Of a stretch of 64,000 nt of DNA, positions 19,792-29,602 are shown in pieces. Within the stretch, counting starts at the first letter, position 1, and each line of letters starts with the position of its first letter. Under the pieces are notes generated by a model, which was given only the letters and a program-made list of their open reading frames with translations, searched no databases and was not told where the DNA came from. The translations under genes were made by a program, and so were the position numbers. Source of the stretch: Candidatus Aminicenantia bacterium (GTDB lineage Bacteria; Acidobacteriota; Aminicenantia; Aminicenantales; Saccharicenantaceae); assembly GCA_041479905.1 (NCBI GenBank), contig JBGOYY010000003.1, forward strand, positions 16,516 through 80,515, written 5' to 3'.

Positions 19792-20910
19792 TCAGACTTT
19801 GAAAAAGATCCTGCGCCGATGGAGGAAGAGAAGACACGCCCATTTCGCCGCCAGGGCCCCGACCGGAATGATGAGCGGGACGAGGAGGCCGGCGTTCCGC
19901 TCGACCCCGGACAGGAAAAACCTCGCGATCCCGTCGAAGTCCACGATCTCCTGGCCGAAATAGACGAGGATGGCGTTTGTCCCGATGACGACGAAGACGA
20001 AGGCCCAGCGGCTCCAGCCCTTGACGTCGATGAGCCAATAGAAGAGCGCCATCAGGAGAAGGCACCAGCCGCCGGCCCAGAGCACGTACGAGCTCGTCCA
20101 GATGTGCTTGATGATGGGAAAGACCAGCCCCCACGCGTATCCGACGCCCAAGCAGAAGATGCCGCCGACGACGAGGCCGAGCGTCTTGGCGTTACCGCTT
20201 CGATTGGACTTCAGCCAGTATCCGGCGAACACGCCCAGCAGGAGGGAACAGGCCGCCGGAAAGGTCGAGGCCGCCCCGAGGCTGTCGCCCGGCCCGTAGA
20301 ACTCGGCCGAAATCTTCCCCGGCATGACCTTCTGGTCGATAAAGCTGTGGAGGGACCCTTCAGGCGTCATCACCCCTGCCCCGTGCCCCGGGACGGGGAT
20401 GAGCGCCATCGCGGCCCAGTAGAGCAGCAAAACCCCCACGAACACGCCGACCTGCGTCCTGACCTTCGTGTTGAGCACCAGGACGGCGACGAGCAGATAG
20501 CATATCCCGATCCGCTGCAGGACTCCCGTCCAGCGCATGTTGGCGAAGTCGAACCTCAGCACGCCGCCGGCGATGAGCCCCAACACGATGAGGATGAGCG
20601 AACGCTTGACGACGTGGAGATACAGGCGCGTTCGGTCCTTTCCCGTTTCGGCCCGCTTCAGCAGAGAGAACGGGAAGACGGCTCCGATGATGAAGAGGAA
20701 CAGGGGGAAGATGAGGTCGTAGAACGTGAAGCCCGCCCAGGCATTGTGCTCGACCTGACCGGCGAGGAAGCGCGTCCAGGGCGCATCCTGGATCGCCGGC
20801 AGGCTCCGGCAAATCGCGTCTCCCCCGATGATCCAGAACATGTCGAAGCCGCGCAGGGCGTCGAGCGACATGATGCGGGCCGCCGCCGGTCCCGGTTTCT
20901 GGGCCTCCAT
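19792..20910 (-). CDS. DUF5009 / heparan-alpha-glucosaminide N-acetyltransferase-like membrane protein
   Basis: SLDALRGFDMFWIIGGD N-terminal signature and about 10 TM helices. Confidence 0.7.
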   Translation of the reverse strand: MEAQKPGPAAARIMSLDALRGFDMFWIIGGDAICRSLPAIQDAPWTRFLAGQVEHNAWAGFTFYDLIFPLFLFIIGAVFPFSLLKRAETGKDRTRLYLHVVKRSLILIVLGLIAGGVLRFDFANMRWTGVLQRIGICYLLVAVLVLNTKVRTQVGVFVGVLLLYWAAMALIPVPGHGAGVMTPEGSLHSFIDQKVMPGKISAEFYGPGDSLGAASTFPAACSLLLGVFAGYWLKSNRSGNAKTLGLVVGGIFCLGVGYAWGLVFPIIKHIWTSSYVLWAGGWCLLLMALFYWLIDVKGWSRWAFVFVVIGTNAILVYFGQEIVDFDGIARFFLSGVERNAGLLVPLIIPVGALAAKWACLLFLHRRRIFFKV

Positions 20911-20922
20911 CGTTCCTCTCCC

Positions 20923-22635
20923 CTACCGTCCGCCGTTGCCGTGGTCGCGGACCGCGGCCTTCTCCAGGGCCGTTTCCATGGAATCGTACATCCACTGCAT
21001 CATCTCCGCCGTACGGGAGGGTTTCACCTCTATGGAGACGGCCGCCTCAGTTTCCTTGCGGAGAGCCCGGAGCACTTCGAGGACCCGCCCGGCCTCGGCC
21101 GCGATCTCCGGGCCGGCCCCGCTCTGCCGCGCCTTCAGGAGAATCCTCGAGGCCTCGGCCCGGTTGATGAGGTTCCTGGCCGCGAGATCCCAGGCACCAA
21201 GCTCGTCGCTCCCCGTTTTCGCCGCATTCGCATAGGCGCCAAGCTGGGCCAGGCCCTCCCGATATTCCTTGAGCCTCGTCTCGCAAGTCGCGAGTTCCGT
21301 CTCGAGCTCGCCTTTCTTCGCTATCTCCTCGATCCGGTCCGCGACGTAGCCTCTGGGCGCCGGCTGGGCGTCCTTGAAAAAGCCCAGGTCTGCGGCGTAA
21401 TTGAACAAGCCCCTCCTCGCCAGCCGCCCCGCGGCGACGAAGAACCCCGTGTCGTCGACGCCGAAATGCTCGCGGACGTAAGCCTTTTCGAAGGCCGCCA
21501 GGTCGCCGTCGGGATGAGCGGCGATGAACTGCGGCAGCTCGATCGACGTCCTCTGCAGTTCCCAGGGGAAGAGATGCACCGTCCAGCTCGTCAGGACGGC
21601 GCCTTTCAGCGGCCCGGACGTCCCTTTCCGGAACGAATCGTAGGTGTTCCTCATGTGGAAGTACGTCCGCGGGGCGAACACGCTATCGCCGTAACAGCTC
21701 GAGCTCGGGCAGACGACGACGTCGAACCCGTTCGCCGCCAAGTAATCCGCCGTGTAGAACACGTCCGGGTCGCGGCCGGGTTCGTCGCCGAGCGGGTAGA
21801 GGTAGGCGCCGAACCGATCGAGGGTCGCAGCGTCGAGTTCCTCCCTGGTCTTATTCCCCAGGCCCCACACATGAACCTCCCCGAACCCGTAGTACCTGTC
21901 GTAAAGCCAATCGAAGATCACGACGTTTCTCGAAAGTTTATCGAGGGCCTCGGGGTGATGGAGAAGCATGTCGCCCCAGATGACCGGACGGATCCCTTTT
22001 TCGATCAATGGAATGCTCATGGCGTTCATGTGGTCGATGTAGAGCTCCGAAAGCGAATGCTCCGCGGCGTAAGCCCTGCATCGAGGGCATTCCCCCAGGG
22101 TATAGGCTTCGTCCGCGCCCAGATGGAAATACTTGACCTCTCCAAAGAGCTCCAGATACTCTTCGATCCACTTGCGCAGGAACGGCACGACGTCCGGATT
22201 CCGCGGGCAATACTGGTCGATCCGGTCCGGAACCTCCGCCAGCGGCTTGTATCGGTCGTTCTTGAGGACGTATTCACAATGACCGATCGTCTGGAGCAGG
22301 GGGATCGGTTCGAGCCCGAGCGACCGGCTGTAGGTGAGAATGTCCTTGAACTCAGCCTTCGTGAACGCGTCCGGCGAGACGCACTCCGGGCAGGTCTCCC
22401 AACGGATGTTATTTTCGACCTCCCAGATGATCGTGTTGTAGCCCAGGTCGGCCAGCGTCTTCAATTCCCTCATCAGGTAGGGGCCACGGAACTGGGCGAT
22501 GTTCATGTCGATATGAAAGCCCCTCATCCGCGCGGGCGCGGCGCCGGTCGCCGACTTGGCCCCGCAGGCAGCGGATCCCGCCGCCGCCAGCATGAGGATT
22601 GCCAGCCAGACGCATCGACTCTCCGTTCTGATCAT
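20923..22635 (-). CDS. GH20-like beta-N-acetylhexosaminidase, lipoprotein
   Basis: Signal peptide plus lipobox (LAAAGSAAC). TIM-barrel region with a HLGADE catalytic-type motif. Confidence 0.7.
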   Translation of the reverse strand: MIRTESRCVWLAILMLAAAGSAACGAKSATGAAPARMRGFHIDMNIAQFRGPYLMRELKTLADLGYNTIIWEVENNIRWETCPECVSPDAFTKAEFKDILTYSRSLGLEPIPLLQTIGHCEYVLKNDRYKPLAEVPDRIDQYCPRNPDVVPFLRKWIEEYLELFGEVKYFHLGADEAYTLGECPRCRAYAAEHSLSELYIDHMNAMSIPLIEKGIRPVIWGDMLLHHPEALDKLSRNVVIFDWLYDRYYGFGEVHVWGLGNKTREELDAATLDRFGAYLYPLGDEPGRDPDVFYTADYLAANGFDVVVCPSSSCYGDSVFAPRTYFHMRNTYDSFRKGTSGPLKGAVLTSWTVHLFPWELQRTSIELPQFIAAHPDGDLAAFEKAYVREHFGVDDTGFFVAAGRLARRGLFNYAADLGFFKDAQPAPRGYVADRIEEIAKKGELETELATCETRLKEYREGLAQLGAYANAAKTGSDELGAWDLAARNLINRAEASRILLKARQSGAGPEIAAEAGRVLEVLRALRKETEAAVSIEVKPSRTAEMMQWMYDSMETALEKAAVRDHGNGGR

Positions 22636-22727
22636 GGCGCGGCTCCTTGCCGGCATGATATCGCATCGGAATTGGATTGACAAGGTGTCGGGGCTCCGTC
22701 TAGAGTAAGGGCGGAAAGCGTGTCGCG

Positions 22728-24011
22728 ATGAAAGGAACAGGCTCGGGTATGGGGTTCGAAGAAGAGCTTTCGGCGACCATCCGTTCCCGCGGAGACTGGG
22801 CGCGGGACCTCCTATGCCGGCTGATCGCCTTCCCCAGTACGACCGGCACGGAGGGCGGTGTGCAGGATTACCTGTATCGTTTTCTCTCGAGTTCGGGCTT
22901 CACGGTAAGACTCTCCCCCATCGACGAGTCCATCGTCGACGACCCGGATTACACGCCCGTCCCCGGGCATGAAAGCTATCGGGGGCGGCCGAACGTCCTC
23001 GTCGCCCTCGCCGGCGCGGGCGGCGGGAGAAGCGCCATCCTCAACTCCCACACCGACGTCGTCCCCGGCCCGGACGGGATGTTCGAGGCGAGGTCCAAGA
23101 ACGGCGTCGTCCACGGCCGTGGAGCCTGCGACGCCAAGGGCCAGGTCGTTACGATATTGCTGGCCCTCTCCGCGCTCAAGGAGCTCGGCGTCCGGCTCAA
23201 AGGGGACGTCGAGGCCCAATTCGTCATCGAGGAGGAGGCCGGCGGCAACGGCTCCCTCGCGGCCATCGCCGGGGGCCGTCGGGCCGACGCCGCGGTCGTG
23301 CTCGAGCCGACCGGCCTCGGCGTCCGTCCCGCGAATCGAGGGGCCGCTTGGTTCAAGCTCACCGTCTCGGGCCGCTCCGTCCACATGGGCCGTTACCGCG
23401 AGGGCGTGAACGCGTTCGACGAAATGCTCGGCCTCGTCCCAGTCCTCAAGGAGTACGAAGCTTCTCTCCGAGAAGCTTCGAAAGGATACCCCGGGTTCCC
23501 CGACGACCCCAGCCCGGTCGTCGTGAACATCGGCCGGGTCCGGTGCGGAGACTGGCCCTCGACCGTACCCGCCGAGTGCATCGTCGAGGGCGGGATCGCC
23601 TTCCTCCCGAATCGGACCGCCCGGCGGATCGAAGAAGAGGTCCGGGCCCTGATCGAAGCTAAAGCGACGCCCTGGGCACGGGAGCACGCCCGTTTCGAGC
23701 TCGCGGGACTCCGTAACGAGGCCTTTGAAACTCCGGCCGGCGATCCGGCCGTCCGGTCGTTCCACAGGGCCGCCGAGTCGCTGCTGGGGCCGCGGCCGCT
23801 CGAGGGCTGGGTCGCCTCGTGCGACGCGCGTCTCTTTTTCCATCGCGGCGGGATGCCGACGCTCGTCTTCGGCGCCGGGGACCTCGGCCAGGCCCACGCG
23901 CTCGACGAGCGGGTCGAAATGGACGATATCCTCCGCGCCGCCGAGGTGCTGGCAAGGTTCCTCACGGATTGGTGCGGTGTCGAGGGGAAGGAGGCGAGGA
24001 ATGCCTGTTAG
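22728..24011 (+). CDS. M20 family metallohydrolase (ArgE/DapE/ACY1-type deacylase)
   Basis: NSHTDVVP, GACDAKG and EEEAGGNGS metal-ligand motifs. Confidence 0.85.
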   Translation: MKGTGSGMGFEEELSATIRSRGDWARDLLCRLIAFPSTTGTEGGVQDYLYRFLSSSGFTVRLSPIDESIVDDPDYTPVPGHESYRGRPNVLVALAGAGGGRSAILNSHTDVVPGPDGMFEARSKNGVVHGRGACDAKGQVVTILLALSALKELGVRLKGDVEAQFVIEEEAGGNGSLAAIAGGRRADAAVVLEPTGLGVRPANRGAAWFKLTVSGRSVHMGRYREGVNAFDEMLGLVPVLKEYEASLREASKGYPGFPDDPSPVVVNIGRVRCGDWPSTVPAECIVEGGIAFLPNRTARRIEEEVRALIEAKATPWAREHARFELAGLRNEAFETPAGDPAVRSFHRAAESLLGPRPLEGWVASCDARLFFHRGGMPTLVFGAGDLGQAHALDERVEMDDILRAAEVLARFLTDWCGVEGKEARNAC

Positions 24012-25074
24012 GATCGCCGTCGTGGGAGCGGGAAAGTTCGGCGAGACGCATCTGGACGTGTTCACCCAGCTCGGATCGACCGGCCAAGCCGAGCTTGCCG
24101 CCATCGCCGAGACAAACCCGGAGCGGGCGGCAGAGCTCCGCGACCGGTACGCCTGCCCCGTCTACGGAGATTACCGCGAGATGCTCGGAAAAGAAGCCCT
24201 GGACGCGGTCAGCATCGCCACCCCCGATCATCTCCATCGCGAGATCGCCGTCGCGGCCGCCGCGGCGGGAAAGCACGTCCTGGTGGAGAAACCCCTGGAC
24301 GTAACCGTCGAGGGCGCGGCCGAAATGGTCCGGGCGGCCCGGGACGCCGGCGTCCTTCTCCAAGTCGACTTCCACAAGCGCTACGACCCCGACCATCAGA
24401 CGATCGAGCGGCGCGCGAGGTCCGGCGACCTCGGCGATATCCTCTACGGCAGCGTCCACATGGAAGACCGCATCGAAGTCCCGACCGTATGGATCCCGCA
24501 CTGGGCACCCCGCTCTTCCCCGGCCTGGTTCCTGGGGGTGCACTTTTACGACCTCGTCCGCTGGATCGTCAAGTCGGAGGCAAAGACCGTTTACGCGACA
24601 GGAACCAAGAGCACTCTTCTCAAGGACCATGGCATCGACACCTGGGACTGCATCAACGCCAAGGTCGACTTCGAGAACGGGGCCGCCTTCACGTTCGACA
24701 CGAGCTGGGTCCTGCCCAAGGGGTTCGAGGCCATTGTGAATCAGGGCCTCCGGGTCGTCGGCACGAAGGGTGTCTTCGAGTGCGACAGCCAGGACCGCGG
24801 CACCCGCTCCTGCATCGACCGGGAAGGCATGGCCACCTACAACAACAACTTCAAGCACGAATCCGTCGACCGGCAGGGCCGCAAGGTCCTCCGCGGATAC
24901 GGCATCGAGAGCATCGAGGACTTCGCCGGGAACGTCGCCTTCCTCAAGAGCGGCGGGCGGCTCGAAGACCTCAAAGGGATCTGGGCCTCGGGCGCGGACG
25001 GGCTCGAGGCGACGCGCATCGCCGTCGCCGTGCACGAGAGCCTAGCGACCGGCCGGGTCGTCCGACTGAGGTAG
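24001..25074 (+). CDS. Gfo/Idh/MocA family oxidoreductase
   Basis: N-terminal Rossmann IAVVGAGKFG and an EKP motif (VLVEKPL). 11-nt overlap with the upstream gene. Confidence 0.85.
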   Translation: MPVRIAVVGAGKFGETHLDVFTQLGSTGQAELAAIAETNPERAAELRDRYACPVYGDYREMLGKEALDAVSIATPDHLHREIAVAAAAAGKHVLVEKPLDVTVEGAAEMVRAARDAGVLLQVDFHKRYDPDHQTIERRARSGDLGDILYGSVHMEDRIEVPTVWIPHWAPRSSPAWFLGVHFYDLVRWIVKSEAKTVYATGTKSTLLKDHGIDTWDCINAKVDFENGAAFTFDTSWVLPKGFEAIVNQGLRVVGTKGVFECDSQDRGTRSCIDREGMATYNNNFKHESVDRQGRKVLRGYGIESIEDFAGNVAFLKSGGRLEDLKGIWASGADGLEATRIAVAVHESLATGRVVRLR

Positions 25075-25078
25075 GGCT

Positions 25079-26446
25079 ATGGCCATCTACGATCTCACCC
25101 CCGTCGACGTGCCGCGCGTCGAAACGCGGTATCGGTCCATCCGGACGAAGATCCCCGTGCCGGAATCGCTTCCCATCTTCGAGACGCTCGCGGCGAGCGA
25201 GCCGCGGTCCATGTCCGGCCAGCCGCCCGTCGTGTGGCACAGGGCCGAGGGCTTCACCATCCACGACAAGTGGGGCAACCGCTGGATCGACTGGTCGAGC
25301 TGCGTCCTCGTCGCCAACGCCGGTCACGGCCGACCCGAGATCCGGGAGGCCCTGAAAAGGGTCATCGACCAGGGCCTCGTCGCGAGTTACGTCTTCGTCC
25401 ACGAGCAGCGGGCCGAGTTCTGCGGCATGCTGAGATCGCTCTCCCCGGACCCGGAGGCTTACAGAGTCTTCCTTCTTTCGACGGGAAGCGAGGCGACCGA
25501 GAACGGCATCAAGCTCGCCCGGACCTACGCCTTGGAAAAATACGGCCCCCGGCGGAAATATTTCGTTTCCTTCCGGAACGCCTTCCACGGCCGGACGATG
25601 GGCGCCCAGCTCGCGGGCGGCATGGACGGGCAGAAAAAGTGGATCGGCGACAGGGACCTCGGGTTCGTCCAAGTCCCATTCCCGGACGGCTATAAGAACA
25701 CGGACACGAGCTTCGGCCTGTTCCTGGCGACCCTCGAGGAGAAGGGGATCGCCCCGGGCGAGATCGCCGGGGTGATGACAGAAAGCTACCAGGGCGTCGG
25801 GCCGGACTTCCTCCCGGTCGAGTACGCCAGACGCCTTGAGGCGTTCTGCCGCGAGCACGACATCGTCACGATCTACGACGAGGTCCAGTCGGGCTTCGGC
25901 CGGACCGGGAAGATGTTCTGCTACGAACACTACGGCGTCAAGCCGGACATCATCTGCTGCGGCAAGGGCATCTCCTCTTCCCTGCCGATCTCGGCGGTCG
26001 TCGGTCGGGCGGACATCCTGGGGCTCTACCCGCCGGGGGCGATGACCTCGACGCATTCGGCCTCCCCGCTGCCGGTCGCAGCGGCCATCGCCAACCTGAA
26101 GATCCTCCTCGGGGAGAACCTGGCGGCAAGGGCCGCCCGGATGGAGGGGGTCCTCATGCCCCTCCTGGCCGAGGTTCAAAAAAAACACGCGGCGAGGCTC
26201 GGCTGCCTCAACGGCAAGGGACTGGTCGCGGGCATCCAAGTCGTTAGATCCGGAACGAAAACCCCGGACCCGGATACCGCCCTGGCCATCAACATCGCCT
26301 GCATGCGCAAGGGCGTCCTGATGTTCGCGCCGGTCGGGGTCGCCGGGGAATGCTTGAAGATCGCCCCGCCGCTCATGATCGCCGAGGACGCCCTGGTGGA
26401 ATCGGCGCAGGCTTTCGGGGAAGCCGTCGACGAGGTGCTGGGATGA
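25079..26446 (+). CDS. class-III (aspartate aminotransferase family) PLP-dependent aminotransferase
   Basis: STGSEATE, DEVQSGFGRTG and CCGKG (PLP lysine) motifs. Confidence 0.85.
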   Translation: MAIYDLTPVDVPRVETRYRSIRTKIPVPESLPIFETLAASEPRSMSGQPPVVWHRAEGFTIHDKWGNRWIDWSSCVLVANAGHGRPEIREALKRVIDQGLVASYVFVHEQRAEFCGMLRSLSPDPEAYRVFLLSTGSEATENGIKLARTYALEKYGPRRKYFVSFRNAFHGRTMGAQLAGGMDGQKKWIGDRDLGFVQVPFPDGYKNTDTSFGLFLATLEEKGIAPGEIAGVMTESYQGVGPDFLPVEYARRLEAFCREHDIVTIYDEVQSGFGRTGKMFCYEHYGVKPDIICCGKGISSSLPISAVVGRADILGLYPPGAMTSTHSASPLPVAAAIANLKILLGENLAARAARMEGVLMPLLAEVQKKHAARLGCLNGKGLVAGIQVVRSGTKTPDPDTALAINIACMRKGVLMFAPVGVAGECLKIAPPLMIAEDALVESAQAFGEAVDEVLG

Positions 26447-27291
26447 ACAAAGACATTTTCGGACTGAACGGAAAGACCGCCGTCATCACCGGCGGCGGGG
26501 GCGCCCTGGGCGGGGCCATGGCCATCGCTCTCGCGAAGCGCGGGGCAGCCGTCGCCCTTCTCGACCTAAGGGAAGCGGCCGACGCCGCCCGCCGCGTCGC
26601 CGCCGCCGGCGGCCGGGCGATCGGCGTCCCCTGCGATGTCCTCGACGAACAAAGTCTGACTGACGCCGCGGCGAAGGTCGTCGGTGAATTCGGGCGCGTG
26701 GACATCCTGGTCAACGCCGCGGGCGGGAACGGCCCAGCGGCGACCACGTCCAAGGAAACCGTCGAGCGCGCGGACCTCCACGAAACGCCCGGCGGGCCCA
26801 CGACGTTCTTCGACCTCGACGCCGAGGCATTCCGGTCCGTCTTCGACCTCAACGTCCTCGGCACGTTCCTCGCGTCCCGGACGTTCGGGCGCTTGATGGC
26901 GGAACGCGGCGGGGGCGTCATCGTCAATATCTCGTCGATGACCGCCTCGCGGCCGCTCACCCGGGTCCCGGCCTACTCCGCGGCCAAGGCCGGCGTGTCC
27001 AACTTCACCCGGTGGCTGGCGACGCACCTGGCCCCGGTCCATATCCGGGTCAATGCCATCGCCCCCGGCTTCTTCCTGACCGAGCAGAATAAGTTCCTGC
27101 TGACGGACGAGAAGACCGGCGGCCTCTCGGCGAGGGGCACGGTCATCATCGCCCACACGCCGATGGGCCGCTTCGGGACGGGCGACGACCTGGCCGGGGC
27201 TCTGATCTGGCTCGTCTCCGACGCTTCGGCCTTCGTGACCGGCGTCGTAATTCCCGTCGACGGCGGCTTCTCCGCTTACTCGGGAGTATAG
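26443..27291 (+). CDS. SDR family oxidoreductase
   Basis: TGGGGALG cofactor motif and the YSAAK catalytic motif. ATGA overlap with the upstream gene. Confidence 0.88.
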   Translation: MNKDIFGLNGKTAVITGGGGALGGAMAIALAKRGAAVALLDLREAADAARRVAAAGGRAIGVPCDVLDEQSLTDAAAKVVGEFGRVDILVNAAGGNGPAATTSKETVERADLHETPGGPTTFFDLDAEAFRSVFDLNVLGTFLASRTFGRLMAERGGGVIVNISSMTASRPLTRVPAYSAAKAGVSNFTRWLATHLAPVHIRVNAIAPGFFLTEQNKFLLTDEKTGGLSARGTVIIAHTPMGRFGTGDDLAGALIWLVSDASAFVTGVVIPVDGGFSAYSGV

Positions 27292-27298
27292 GCCCAGC

Positions 27299-28414
27299 AT
27301 GATCACTAACCAACTCCTACCATCCGCGATGAAGGCGGTCGTGCTCGAAGCGCCGCGGAGGCTGGCCCTTCGCGACATTCCGATCTGGCCCATCGAGGCC
27401 TACGGCGACCCGGACATGGTCCTCGTCAAGGTCGCGGCCTGCGGCGTCTGCGGTTCCGACTACCGGTATTACGGCGGTGAGAATCCGTGGGCCATGCACA
27501 CCCTCGGGCGCCACGTCGACAACCCGCCGGGAATCGTCCTCGGCCACGAATTCGCGGGCGAGGTCGTGGCCGTCCTCGACGAGAAGAACGCCCGCCTTCT
27601 GGGCCGGCGGGTCGCCCCGGTCTGTTCGAAGGTCTGCGGCACCTGCCCCGAATGCGTCTCGGGGCGGACGGAGCTCTGCCCGAACACCGTTCACATGGGT
27701 CACGGTCAGGGGTGGGGAAAGCGCGATTTCTATCCCGGCGCGTACGCCGAATACGTCCCCGCCTGGGGCAGCGGCTGTTTCGCCATCCCGGACGGGTTGA
27801 CCTACGGGGAGGCGGCGATGATGGACATCCTGGCCGTCTGCGTCCATGTCGCCCATCAAGGGAACGTCCAGCCGGGCCGGCCCGTTTTGATGATGGGCGC
27901 CGGCCCCGCCGGTAACGGCATCGCCCAGGCTGTGCTTAATCTCGGGGCCAGCCGGGTCGTCGTCACCGACATCGCCGACGCGCCCCTCGAAGCGGCCCGG
28001 AGGAAGGGGTTCGACGCCGTCGTCGACGCGCGAGGCAAGTCGCACCGGGCCCTCGTCGAGGAACTGTCGGCGCTCGCCCCGGAGGGGTTCGGCAGCGTCT
28101 TCGACAGCGTCGGCGGCCGGGAGAGCTTCGAGCTCGGACTGCGGCTTCTCGGGAAGAAAGGCACGCTCGTCAACATGGCCGTCCACGACCTGGACATCCC
28201 GGTGAACTTCCTTCGCCTCGGCAGCGAGCGCCGCATCACGACGAGCTCAAATTTCGCGACGGGCGACTACCCCTGGGCCCTGAGCTGGCTCGAAAGCGGG
28301 CGGTTCTCGGTCAAGGATTGGTTGACAGAGGTCCGGCTCGAGGACGTCCCACGCCTGTTCGCCGAAGCCGACGCGGTCGGTCGGCGCGCCTTCAAGCTGG
28401 TCATAGAATTCTAA
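27299..28414 (+). CDS. zinc-dependent alcohol/polyol dehydrogenase (MDR family)
   Basis: CGVCGSD, GHEFAGEV and the structural zinc motif CGTCPECVSGRTELC. Confidence 0.85.
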   Translation: MITNQLLPSAMKAVVLEAPRRLALRDIPIWPIEAYGDPDMVLVKVAACGVCGSDYRYYGGENPWAMHTLGRHVDNPPGIVLGHEFAGEVVAVLDEKNARLLGRRVAPVCSKVCGTCPECVSGRTELCPNTVHMGHGQGWGKRDFYPGAYAEYVPAWGSGCFAIPDGLTYGEAAMMDILAVCVHVAHQGNVQPGRPVLMMGAGPAGNGIAQAVLNLGASRVVVTDIADAPLEAARRKGFDAVVDARGKSHRALVEELSALAPEGFGSVFDSVGGRESFELGLRLLGKKGTLVNMAVHDLDIPVNFLRLGSERRITTSSNFATGDYPWALSWLESGRFSVKDWLTEVRLEDVPRLFAEADAVGRRAFKLVIEF

Positions 28415-28457
28415 GAATCAGGGCTTTGGTTCCCAGCTGCTGGCCAGATACGCGAAA

Positions 28458-28937
28458 TTAGACCCCGGGATATTTCCGTTTGGCGAAGTAAATGATCTCC
28501 GGGTGCTTCTTGTAGCCCAGTTTCTCGAACACCGCCATAGAGACGTCGTTATCGTCCTCGATGAGGCAGGCGAGGATGTCCATCCCCTGGACCTCGAGCC
28601 GCCGCTCGGCTTCGCGGACGAGCCGGGCGCCGATGCCCTGCTTCCTCAGAATCGCATCCACGGCCAGACGGTTGATCCAGCCCTTGCGCCCGTCGTGGGT
28701 GGCCAGCACGGTGCCGATGATCCGCCCCTCCTCCCCTTCCTCGGCCACGAGAAAGAGGACGTTGGGCATCTTGATCTGCCGGGCAATATTATCGCGACTA
28801 TCGCGGCCGGCGGGCTTGAGCGGCAGGCCGCCCTCGGCCCAGAGCTCCATGACCCGGGCATAGTCCTCGATGCGGAATTCCCGGACTCTAAGGCCGTCTG
28901 GCTTCCTGTCGTCAGGCATCATCGTTCCCCTTTTCAT
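28458..28937 (-). CDS. GNAT family N-acetyltransferase
   Basis: RKQGIGARLV acetyl-CoA binding motif. Confidence 0.8.
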   Translation of the reverse strand: MKRGTMMPDDRKPDGLRVREFRIEDYARVMELWAEGGLPLKPAGRDSRDNIARQIKMPNVLFLVAEEGEEGRIIGTVLATHDGRKGWINRLAVDAILRKQGIGARLVREAERRLEVQGMDILACLIEDDNDVSMAVFEKLGYKKHPEIIYFAKRKYPGV

Positions 28938-28983
28938 CGCTCCAGTTCATTCCCCGCCGGTCTTCCCCGGACCGGAGTCGCCA

Positions 28984-29592
28984 TCAGCGGATGAAAGCGA
29001 CGAAGGCCCCGATAGCCAAAGCCGCAGCCGCAAGCCCGGCCATAACGGCGCCCAGCCCCGATTTCTTCCGGAGAAGCCGGGCGGCGAGCGTGAAGTTGCG
29101 GAGGGCCAGCGCCGCGGCGACCGCGTAGAAAACAAGATAGGTCGTCTGCCAGATGCCGGGCTGGGACAAGATACCCACCCATTCGCCCTGGCCCATGCCA
29201 AAGGCCATGAACGCGGCCTCGACGGAGGAAGGGATACAGGCCAGGAAAAGCGATGAGCTCAGCGCGACGCCGGCAAGCGCCGCCGTCCCGCAGAAATCCG
29301 TCCCGCCCTTTTCCCGCCGCCCCAGCGCATGGATGACTCCCGCCACGACAAGCCAGACCGCCAGGATCATGGGCAAGACGAAGATCATCTGCCAGAAGTA
29401 GTAGTTATCGGTGCCCATTCCGAAAAAGATGGGCGCCGTCGGCACGGCCCCGGTGACGGCCAGGGTGGCCGACGTGATGATATATAGGAAGCCCACGCCC
29501 CCGACGGCGAGGATGGCTCGGCGCGCCGGATGCTTCATCTTGAGGAGCCCGCGCATGGTCTGGCCGGGCTTGAAGATCGCGCTCGTCAACAT
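28984..29592 (-). CDS. hypothetical integral membrane protein (about 5 TM)
   Basis: Hydrophobic helices throughout. No recognised family. Confidence 0.55.
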   Translation of the reverse strand: MLTSAIFKPGQTMRGLLKMKHPARRAILAVGGVGFLYIITSATLAVTGAVPTAPIFFGMGTDNYYFWQMIFVLPMILAVWLVVAGVIHALGRREKGGTDFCGTAALAGVALSSSLFLACIPSSVEAAFMAFGMGQGEWVGILSQPGIWQTTYLVFYAVAAALALRNFTLAARLLRKKSGLGAVMAGLAAAALAIGAFVAFIR

Positions 29593-29602
29593 CTATCCTC
29601 TC

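Noticed and set aside
19819-22680. 953-aa ORF on the plus strand. Similar very long ORFs occur at 31108-34347, 41316-43781, 10701-12662, 6500-7981, 29411-31108, 60942-62927 and elsewhere.
   Set aside because: Each lies exactly antisense to a gene with clear family motifs. Their translations are Arg/Gly/Asp/Pro-rich low-complexity sequence, as expected from stop-codon depletion in high-GC DNA. They have no Shine-Dalgarno sequence or signal features.
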